A stretch of 64,000 bases of DNA from Poseidonia sp. (lineage in GTDB: Archaea; Thermoplasmatota; Poseidoniia; Poseidoniales; Poseidoniaceae). Below, in pieces: positions 57,498-64,000 of the stretch. The notes under the pieces were generated by a model. It had not been told where the DNA came from. It made no database searches and was given only the letters and a program-made list of their open reading frames with translations. Each line of letters begins with the position of its first letter. Within the stretch, counting starts at the first letter, position 1. The stretch is from contig JADHNB010000002.1 in NCBI GenBank assembly GCA_016779705.1, positions 1,017-65,016 on the forward strand, given 5' to 3'. Both the position numbers and the translations under genes were made by a program.

Positions 57498-58598
57498 ATG
57501 TTTACAGGAACCGTCGAATCGCAGAGCCACGAAGGAGGCCTGCTGGTTCACTTCGAAGGCACCTCACCAGCCTTGAACGCCATCATGGTGCGTTCCGATG
57601 ATGGAACCTACATTGGAAAAGTCGACGGCGTGATCGGCAACACCAACCACCCGCTGGCTCACATCGCCCATGTTGACCGAAACTTGGACATGGACGCCTT
57701 GATAGGCGTGCAAGTGACGGTGCGAGCAAAAAAACCGCGTAGCGACGACCGCTCAAATCAACGACGGGAGGACCGTGGGCGCTTCGATGACCGCCGAAAC
57801 AACCGGGATCGAAACGGTGGAGGTGACCGCCGATTCGGAAGCGGAAGAGATGACCGCCGAAACAACCGGGACCGAAACGCTGGAGGTGACCGAAGATTCG
57901 GAAACGGAAGGGATGACCGAAGGTCAGGCTTCCAGCGCAACGATCGAAGCTCAGGCAACGACCAGTTCAACAACGATTGGACGTGCCCGGCTTGCAACAA
58001 CTCCAATTTCGCTCGCCGAACGGCTTGCAACCGATGTGAGGCCCCACGCCCAGCAGGAACCGGTCAACCCTCCGGACAGCGCCGTGAGCGTGCCGAGGGC
58101 CGATTTAACCAACGAGGCGATGACCGTCCTCGATTCGATCGCTCCAATCAAGGACGCCGAAACGACCGACAAGGCTCCCAAAACGGGACCTTCAACTCCA
58201 ACGACTGGACCTGCCCTGCTTGCAAGAACTCCAATTTCTCCTTCCGAGATGCCTGCAATCGATGCGAAGCTCCTCGGCCCGGCGGGCGGGGTGGTGGGCA
58301 ACGCCAGGACCGGGGACGAGACGGTGGACAACGCCAGGACCGGGGACGAGACGGTGGACAACGCCAGGACCGGGAACGAGACGGAGGACAACGCCAGGAC
58401 CGGGGACGAGACGGTGGACAACATCAGGACCGGGGGCGAAGGGATGACCGACGCTCACCCCCCTCAAACGACCGCCGCCCTACGAACAATCAAGACGGTT
58501 TCCGACGAGCAAAAGGCAAGCGCTCCGGACACGCCCACAACCAACCCCCCAGAGATTTCCGAGAACCACGTAAATTTGAACGCCGCAGCGATGATTGA
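57498..58598 (+). CDS. Gar1-like beta-barrel fused to Arg/Asp/Gly-rich repeats and two RanBP2-type zinc fingers (putative RNA-binding protein)
   Basis: N-terminus: TGTVESQSHEGGLLVHFEGTSPALNAIMVRSDDGTYIGKVDGVIGNTNHPLAHI (Gar1/Naf1-like pattern). ZnF1 WTCPACNNSNFARRTACNRC (57978..58037) and ZnF2 WTCPACKNSNFSFRDACNRC (58206..58265) both match W-x-C-x2-C-x3-N-x6-C-x2-C exactly. Confidence 0.7.
   Translation: MFTGTVESQSHEGGLLVHFEGTSPALNAIMVRSDDGTYIGKVDGVIGNTNHPLAHIAHVDRNLDMDALIGVQVTVRAKKPRSDDRSNQRREDRGRFDDRRNNRDRNGGGDRRFGSGRDDRRNNRDRNAGGDRRFGNGRDDRRSGFQRNDRSSGNDQFNNDWTCPACNNSNFARRTACNRCEAPRPAGTGQPSGQRRERAEGRFNQRGDDRPRFDRSNQGRRNDRQGSQNGTFNSNDWTCPACKNSNFSFRDACNRCEAPRPGGRGGGQRQDRGRDGGQRQDRGRDGGQRQDRERDGGQRQDRGRDGGQHQDRGRRDDRRSPPSNDRRPTNNQDGFRRAKGKRSGHAHNQPPRDFREPRKFERRSDD
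57786..57925 (+). repeat. 63-bp in-frame tandem repeat, ~2.2 copies (DDRRNNRDRN.GGDRRFG.GR)
   Basis: Units start at 57786, 57849 and 57912 (partial), with a few substitutions between copies. Confidence 0.85.
58301..58440 (+). repeat. 30-bp in-frame tandem repeat, ~4.6 copies (GGQRQDRGRD)
   Basis: The unit acgccaggaccggggacgagacggtggaca occurs at 58301, 58331, 58361 (2 mismatches), 58391 and 58421 (degenerate). Confidence 0.9.
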
Positions 58599-58601
58599 GG
58601 A

Positions 58602-59651
58602 ATGCCCATGAGTGCCGAGTCGCATTACCTCAACGCGCTCGAGGCCTTGGACAACGGCGACCGAGACACCGCTAAATCCGAAGCGAAGAAGGCCACTCGC
58701 CTCGATGCCGACCACCTTGAAGCATGGTCGGTGTATGTCGAAGCATGCCTGCCATCACACGGTGCGCAGCCCACGATGAGTGAAGCGGCAAGCGCTCTTT
58801 CCGGTGCCAAACGCATCGTGGCTGCAGACCCGACTCGCCTTGACATGTGGTTGCGAGGAGGCCGCTTGATGGCTGACGACCTCGGCATGCTCCACGACGC
58901 CCTCCATTGGTGGCAGGCGTGTCGAGAACACCTCCCCGGGGAAGTCACCCCCGTGGTGGAAATGGCCTCCATCCTGGCGGACATGGGCGAATACAGTGAA
59001 GCTCAGCAACGCCTCCAGTCCATTCTTGACGACAACATGGACGTCGGTATCACACAATTCCGGAAAATCAACGGCCTCTTGCAACTGGTAAGGGTGGCCG
59101 CCACGCAAGATGAACGTGAAATTTTCAAACCCTACGAAAAGCACCACGACGGTTGGGGGGCCATCCGACAAAAAATGCGCAAACCGCCCATGTCGGAATC
59201 GTTCATTTTCCTCACCACGGCCGTACCGGTGCTCCTCTTGGTCATCCTTCTGCTTGGGCGATACAGCGCACCAACCTGGTCAGCGGTGTGCCTCAACACC
59301 CTGGTCATCATGATGGTGATCTTGGTGCTGATGCGCAACGCCAAGCGATGGTTCCAGCTCTTCAACCGCCCGGCGTTTAACCTCTTACGGGCCATGAATT
59401 TCGAAGCGGCGACGGGCTACGTCGTCATCGATGAGGACGTCCGTACCTCGGTCCTCTACATGTACATCATGCAACGCAAACCGCTTTCTTGGCAGGAACG
59501 CATGCTGAAGATCATCGACAAGGCCTCCCCACTCCCAAAGAATTGGCGCTTGAGGCTCCCCGATTTTGATTCCCATTTGGAGGCAGAGGATGCCGAGCCA
59601 ACCTTTTGGAAAAAAGGAAACGAGGCGTTACCTGCCTACGAGGAAGAATGA
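58602..59651 (+). CDS. TPR-like N-terminal domain plus two-TM protein (hypothetical)
   Basis: 349 aa. It starts 3 nt after the stop of the Gar1-like gene. Helical-repeat N-terminus, with TM helices FIFLTTAVPVLLLVILLLG and VCLNTLVIMMVILVLM. Confidence 0.55.
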   Translation: MPMSAESHYLNALEALDNGDRDTAKSEAKKATRLDADHLEAWSVYVEACLPSHGAQPTMSEAASALSGAKRIVAADPTRLDMWLRGGRLMADDLGMLHDALHWWQACREHLPGEVTPVVEMASILADMGEYSEAQQRLQSILDDNMDVGITQFRKINGLLQLVRVAATQDEREIFKPYEKHHDGWGAIRQKMRKPPMSESFIFLTTAVPVLLLVILLLGRYSAPTWSAVCLNTLVIMMVILVLMRNAKRWFQLFNRPAFNLLRAMNFEAATGYVVIDEDVRTSVLYMYIMQRKPLSWQERMLKIIDKASPLPKNWRLRLPDFDSHLEAEDAEPTFWKKGNEALPAYEEE

Positions 59652-59806
59652 ACGCCCCGCCTCACCATCAACCTCGAGATGCACCAAGGATTCACTCCAT
59701 GGTCTCGAGGCTCTTTGATGCCCGACGACTCATGTTAAGGCCGTCAAGAGGGCATCCTTGGTCGATTCCGGGTGGTTGATAACGTACCAGAGACCTTTAC
59801 CGATCA

Positions 59807-60013
59807 TCATTCCCATCGGTAAGGTCGCCGCAGCCAAGCACCATGCAAAGCTCCGGCGAACACCGGCGTGCAGGGCATCATCCGCACGATGAGCGCCTTG
59901 TTCCCACAGTTGATGGTGAGAGCAAAACCAAACAATCCAAGCAACAAGCCCAGCCCCGTGAACGGCCCCGTGGGCAGACCCAGAATTCCAAGCCAACGCT
60001 CAAGCCGAGCCAT
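59807..60013 (-). CDS. Candidate small membrane protein (uncertain; overlapping alternative ORF 59730..59996 in another frame)
   Basis: 68 aa with one hydrophobic helix (GPFTGLGLLLGLFGFALTI). ATG start 47 nt downstream of the giant gene stop. I cannot tell by eye which of the two frames is real, if either. Confidence 0.3.
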   Translation of the reverse strand: MARLERWLGILGLPTGPFTGLGLLLGLFGFALTINCGNKALIVRMMPCTPVFAGALHGAWLRRPYRWE

Positions 60014-60060
60014 GCCTTGCTAACGCTCAAGGTGCTCGTCCATCACGAACACGCCCCTGC

Positions 60061-63000
60061 TTATTGCTGGGATTGGGCGTATTGAATGGCGTATTGTTGA
60101 GCATAGGCTGCTGCCGTGGCCGCATCGTAACCCTGAGAGACAAACTGGTTGTAGTATTGCTCGTACACGGCTTGGTCAAAGGCGGCGGCCGGTTGAGCCG
60201 CAGGCTGTGTGGCAGCCGGTTGAGCCGCAGCAGCGGGTTGCGCTGCTGCACCTGCAACGTATTGGGCTGCGAAGGCTCTGGCCGTATCCTCAGGATAGCC
60301 TTGGGCGATGAGTTGCTGGACGTATTGCTCGGTTGGGTCAAGAGCATCAGCTCCAAAGCCACCCTCCATGCCGCCGAAGGCGTCTTCCTTCTCGCCACCC
60401 TTTCGCATGAACACCAAGGTGGCGCCAATGACCACGAGCAACAGAATGACACCAGCGATCAACATCACCGGGTCCAAACCTGCTTCGGTTGAATCACCAC
60501 CGTCGGTGGTTTGGGTGTTGTCCTTCCAAACACCCGTGGTTGGATCATAGGACCACGCACCGTTCCACTGGCAGTCGCCGTTAGCATCGAGGACGAACTC
60601 ACCACCAGCGGCTTCCGCTTGTGGGTCCGCTTCCAGGCCTTGACAGGCTGGCAAATTCAATTCAATCCACTTGATGGTCACCCAGCGCTCGTCATCCCCT
60701 TCGTAATACTTGATGTACACACGCTGAGAGGTTGACTTGTTGGTGTAGAAACTGTCCACGTTGAGCGTGATTTCGAAGCGGTCGTTGTCACCCAAGGCAT
60801 CGCTTCGGCCCCACAGCCCTTGCGTGCTCATGTTGTACTTCATCACGGGTGAAGCGGAGAAGTCTTCTTCAAAGAACGCAGCCTCAACATAGACCTCGCT
60901 CGTTTCAGCACCCGACAAGACCGTTCCGGAGATGGTGATGGTGTCGGCATCAAACTTGGACTCGTTCAAATTCACGTTGTCCCACTGGATGGCGGGTTCT
61001 TCGTCACCAAAGCCCTCTGGCACGATGACGAAGTACATTCGGTGCTTTTCGGAGAACTTACCAGCGCTGTCGTAAACGACCAATTCCATACGGATTTGGT
61101 TCGTCGTCGTACCCGTTGAATCCACGGTGACGTTCTTGAATTTGTACGACCACATGCCGCCGCTTGCAGCGCTCTGCGTGAACGTGTGACCATCGAGGTC
61201 GAACGTATCATCGCCGTAGGGGGCGTCGAACAACACCTTCCATTCGTACGTCTCAATGCCGTTACCGTCGAGGGCATCGGCGTCCGAGGAGTTGCTGGCA
61301 TCGAAGTGGATGACCAACTCGGCGTCGGGCCCGTCGCCTTGGAGCGTGATTTGATACACGTCCCACTCGACGTTGGAAACGGTCTTGGTCCCGGTGAATT
61401 CCACGTTGTCTTGGTAGTCGGTTCGGATGTCGATGGTGGCGTCGGCCTCAGGGCGGAACTCGTCGGCGTAAACGTCGTTGGTCTCGACCGTGACATCAAT
61501 CGTGCGAGCGTGCCCGTTCTCGTCGTGGAGCATCAGCGTGATGTGCCATTGTTCGCCTTGGGCACAGCCGGTTTGCGAAGCCAGGTCAGCCTTACAGAAC
61601 ATCATGCTGGGGGCGCCTTCCGTCGTGTGACCCGTCAAACCGCTGGCGAGGCTGCTGCCGTCCCAGTTGGTCGGTCCGTCGATGATCCAATCCGTTTGAA
61701 GCGTTTCCGTGGTTGTGGTGGTAAAACCGAACTCCAAGGTCGCATCGCTCTTCATGTAGCGCAGAGCGTACTTGCCGGTGCTTGGGTCAATGCCAGGAAC
61801 TTCGCCGTTGATGGTGATGTCCAAACCGTTGCCCAGCGTACCGAAGCCGTCGGGGTACGGCGTCACTTGGTATTGCAACAGGTTGCCCAAAAGCGGGAAG
61901 GTGGTGCTGTCAGCGCGCTCGGAGTGCGTGGCCACGTCGATGGTTGAGATGATCATGCCACCGGAGTAGTAACTGCACACACCGAGCACGGTGTCTTGAA
62001 TGTCTTCGCTGGAGCGAATGAGTCGCTGGAAGTAACCGCCGTCCTCCATGTAACCGTCGCAGGTTTCGGGGACGTTGTTGGTGCTGACCGACTTGGTGTT
62101 CAACACGGCTTGGGCAACACCGGAGCTGGCGTCAAAGCCCTGGAAGGCGTTGACATCGATGTTGTCCATCACCGGATGGTAGGGGTCAGCCAGATCCATG
62201 GTGGAGTAGGTCACTTGGGTTTCGGCCGTGTCACGGCTTTGAATGTCCAAGCCGAAGGGCAGACGACCGGCCAATCCTTGGTCAAGGCCGTAGATTTGGC
62301 TGCCAAGCGGACCGAGGTGAGCCTGCACCGTACCGCCGGCGGACATGAAGTTCTCCAGCACGGTTCGGCGTGCGGGTTCACCCAAGTACTGGTAGTAGCC
62401 ATCGCCACCGAACTGGGTGTCCTTGGCCACCAATTGCTCTTGCCAGGGCAGGATGATCTTGTCGTAATGGGTGAACCATCCAGCGTCGAAGTAGGTGTCC
62501 CAGTCGTTGATTTCAAATTGGGTGTACGTCATGTTGAGAATGGCCAGGTCCTGCTTGATGGCGGTGGTTCGCGACGAGGTGTCCGAGAGGATGGCCACGT
62601 CGACCATGTCGGCAAAGGTGGCGTGGAAGTAACGCTCGTTACCGGTTTCACTGCCGTCAGAAAGGCGACCGTAGAAACTGATGTTGTAGGTGTGGCCGTC
62701 CATCCAGCCGTTCCAAGGCGTGAACGAAACGTCCGTCTTTTGCTGGCTCTCAAGCGAAACAGCGGGTCCAGAATCCACGAGATGGGCTTGGATTCCGTCG
62801 GCCAGGTCGGTCACTTCCATGTAGAAGATGTAATCACCGCCGAGCACACCGTTGGTGGCTTGGAATTCCCACGAATGGGTCAGCGCACTGTCGATGGGCA
62901 GAACGCACGGCAAGGTTTGGTCGGCGTGACAGGTCAACGTGTCGGGCTTCCCGATGGAGATGTCAACCGATTCGACGTTGAAGATGACACGCTCGATGTT

Positions 63001-64000
63001 GTTGGCCGTGGACAACTCGTTGTCGTTGTACCAAGGCTTACCCATCGTGGTGTTGTCAAACACGGTCTTGACGTCAAGTCGATAGACACCCGAAACGAAC
63101 TCGTGGCTGGCGATGGTCGACAGGGCGGCCTGTTCAGCGTCCACGTTCGTTCGAGAGGTGGAGTAGGTGGCGTCCTGCACGAAGGTGTACTCTTGGAGCG
63201 AGATGTTGTTGAAACCAACGCCTTTGAACCCGTCGTTGATGCCGTTGCGTCCGTCATCATCGGATTGGAATTCAAAGTGGACATCAACGGTCGAACCCTG
63301 GAGCGACATGCACTCAGCCCGCCATTGCGTCGAATCCGAAGAGGACCGGTTGAGCACGTACAAGTGGGTTAGGTCGATGCTGGTGGTCTTGACGAGTTCC
63401 TCGGTGTTGAAGAACACGTTGTAGTTGCCCGTGCCGTCGGTGTTGGCAGGGTCCCCGATGAATTGCAGTTCGGTCTGGTCAATGGACTCCGTGGCGTTGA
63501 CAATGCCGTTGCCGTCGTCGTCGTTCTGACAAGTGCCGTCTTCGTTGTAATCGTTCCATTGAGCGTAGACCAGGCCGGTGTAATCCGTGCCGTCCTTGGC
63601 GTAATCCACGGTCATGACGGCGTAATCGCTGGGGTCAACGTTGCCGTTTTGGTCAATGGTGTAGAAGGTGTCAGCGTAGTATTCGAAGTTGAGGGATACG
63701 AAGTCACCGCTCATGCTCGTCAAATCAATGTCGGGAATGGTGAGGGTTTCGTTGGCCCAAGCGTCATCGTACCCGTTGGTGCCGGTGTCACAAGGATGAC
63801 CGAACCAGTAAGCGTTGTTGTTGAAGATTTTCGTTGAACAGGAGTTCTCGTTGTAAATGGCGCCCTTGGGCTGTTGGTTCTCTTCGTAACGGTAACCCTG
63901 AGTGCCTCCTTCAAAGGTCTCCTCGCAGACGGCCGATGGGGTTCCACAGTACACGTCGGAAGGCGTGGCGGAAAACACCGTGGCTTCGATGTCAAAGTCG
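60061..64000 (-). CDS. Giant surface protein (more than 1310 aa, N-terminus beyond the right window edge) with a C-terminal TM anchor and a Q/A/Y-rich cytoplasmic tail
   Basis: The reading frame remains open upstream of the track start (the GTG at 63978 is internal: ..DFDIEATVFSATPSDVY). Asp/Asn/Thr/Gly-rich beta-type ectodomain. TM helix VMLIAGVILLLVVIGATLVFM. 114-aa tail with a duplicated motif. Confidence 0.75.
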   Translation of the reverse strand, partial: DFDIEATVFSATPSDVYCGTPSAVCEETFEGGTQGYRYEENQQPKGAIYNENSCSTKIFNNNAYWFGHPCDTGTNGYDDAWANETLTIPDIDLTSMSGDFVSLNFEYYADTFYTIDQNGNVDPSDYAVMTVDYAKDGTDYTGLVYAQWNDYNEDGTCQNDDDGNGIVNATESIDQTELQFIGDPANTDGTGNYNVFFNTEELVKTTSIDLTHLYVLNRSSSDSTQWRAECMSLQGSTVDVHFEFQSDDDGRNGINDGFKGVGFNNISLQEYTFVQDATYSTSRTNVDAEQAALSTIASHEFVSGVYRLDVKTVFDNTTMGKPWYNDNELSTANNIERVIFNVESVDISIGKPDTLTCHADQTLPCVLPIDSALTHSWEFQATNGVLGGDYIFYMEVTDLADGIQAHLVDSGPAVSLESQQKTDVSFTPWNGWMDGHTYNISFYGRLSDGSETGNERYFHATFADMVDVAILSDTSSRTTAIKQDLAILNMTYTQFEINDWDTYFDAGWFTHYDKIILPWQEQLVAKDTQFGGDGYYQYLGEPARRTVLENFMSAGGTVQAHLGPLGSQIYGLDQGLAGRLPFGLDIQSRDTAETQVTYSTMDLADPYHPVMDNIDVNAFQGFDASSGVAQAVLNTKSVSTNNVPETCDGYMEDGGYFQRLIRSSEDIQDTVLGVCSYYSGGMIISTIDVATHSERADSTTFPLLGNLLQYQVTPYPDGFGTLGNGLDITINGEVPGIDPSTGKYALRYMKSDATLEFGFTTTTTETLQTDWIIDGPTNWDGSSLASGLTGHTTEGAPSMMFCKADLASQTGCAQGEQWHITLMLHDENGHARTIDVTVETNDVYADEFRPEADATIDIRTDYQDNVEFTGTKTVSNVEWDVYQITLQGDGPDAELVIHFDASNSSDADALDGNGIETYEWKVLFDAPYGDDTFDLDGHTFTQSAASGGMWSYKFKNVTVDSTGTTTNQIRMELVVYDSAGKFSEKHRMYFVIVPEGFGDEEPAIQWDNVNLNESKFDADTITISGTVLSGAETSEVYVEAAFFEEDFSASPVMKYNMSTQGLWGRSDALGDNDRFEITLNVDSFYTNKSTSQRVYIKYYEGDDERWVTIKWIELNLPACQGLEADPQAEAAGGEFVLDANGDCQWNGAWSYDPTTGVWKDNTQTTDGGDSTEAGLDPVMLIAGVILLLVVIGATLVFMRKGGEKEDAFGGMEGGFGADALDPTEQYVQQLIAQGYPEDTARAFAAQYVAGAAAQPAAAAQPAATQPAAQPAAAFDQAVYEQYYNQFVSQGYDAATAAAYAQQYAIQYAQSQQ

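Noticed and set aside
58301-58440. A 30-bp tandem repeat that superficially resembles a CRISPR-sized repeat.
   Set aside because: The copies are directly adjacent with no spacers, lie in frame inside a CDS (encoding GGQRQDRGRD), and no cas genes are present.
59672-59710. The inverted repeat CCTCGAGA ... TCTCGAGG between convergent genes, considered as a possible terminator hairpin.
   Set aside because: It is essentially two copies of the self-palindromic hexamer CTCGAG separated by 23 nt. The loop is too large and no oligo-T tract follows, so the evidence is weak.
59730-59996. An 88-aa ORF (TTG start) overlapping the 59807..60013 candidate in another frame.
   Set aside because: Neither frame has recognisable motifs. 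I kept only one, at low confidence, because it has an ATG start and a clearer TM helix. Both may be spurious.

Overview
This is a gene-dense, high-GC archaeal chromosome segment. I call about 55 CDS and one tRNA, and found no rRNA, CRISPR array or transposase. All homology calls are motif recognition by eye; no HMM or BLAST search was possible.

Archaeal hallmarks:
- thermosome, Alba, Bud32 (KEOPS), Cdc48, deoxyhypusine synthase, Ncs6/TtuA
- a TATA box about 28 nt upstream of a tRNA-Gly(GCC)

These sit beside bacterial-type genes (DnaK, a TGS/SAD-type ThrRS, a single-cytochrome-b SDH), secreted peptidases and several very large membrane-anchored surface proteins. I associate this mix with marine planktonic Thermoplasmatota such as Poseidoniales/MG-II, but that is inference only.

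Housekeeping blocks:
- nadA (partial, missing from the supplied ORF track) and bud32
- mrp-DUF971, arsC, albA
- speB-speD-dhs
- M14 and M17 peptidases
- sHSP-like gene, dnaK, thermosome
- tdh, pyrG, a Sir2 deacylase and an NAD-kinase-like gene
- thrS, pyrBI, ncs6, cdc48, an aldehyde dehydrogenase and sdhCAB
- an ABC-2 exporter

Most interesting observations:
1. A Gar1-like beta-barrel is fused to Arg/Asp/Gly-rich repeats and two exact RanBP2-type zinc fingers (57498..58598). This is a eukaryote-like RNA-binding architecture.
2. A Roadblock/LC7 gene is followed by a 1062-aa DUF4388/Roadblock/coiled-coil protein and a small TM protein, with no GTPase nearby (36694..40496).
3. A tightly coupled cdc48, PRC-barrel, DUF4350-like, DUF58 and polytopic-membrane gene string lacks the usual MoxR ATPase (40485..47226).
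4. A roughly 1-kb low-GC single-gene insertion is flanked by a 10-bp direct repeat. It encodes a tandem RHH-like repeat fused to an RDD membrane domain (20468..21471).
5. A cysteine-free Mrp/NBP35 homologue has an insert where the CxxC motif should be, and sits next to a Cys-rich DUF971 protein (4048..5424).
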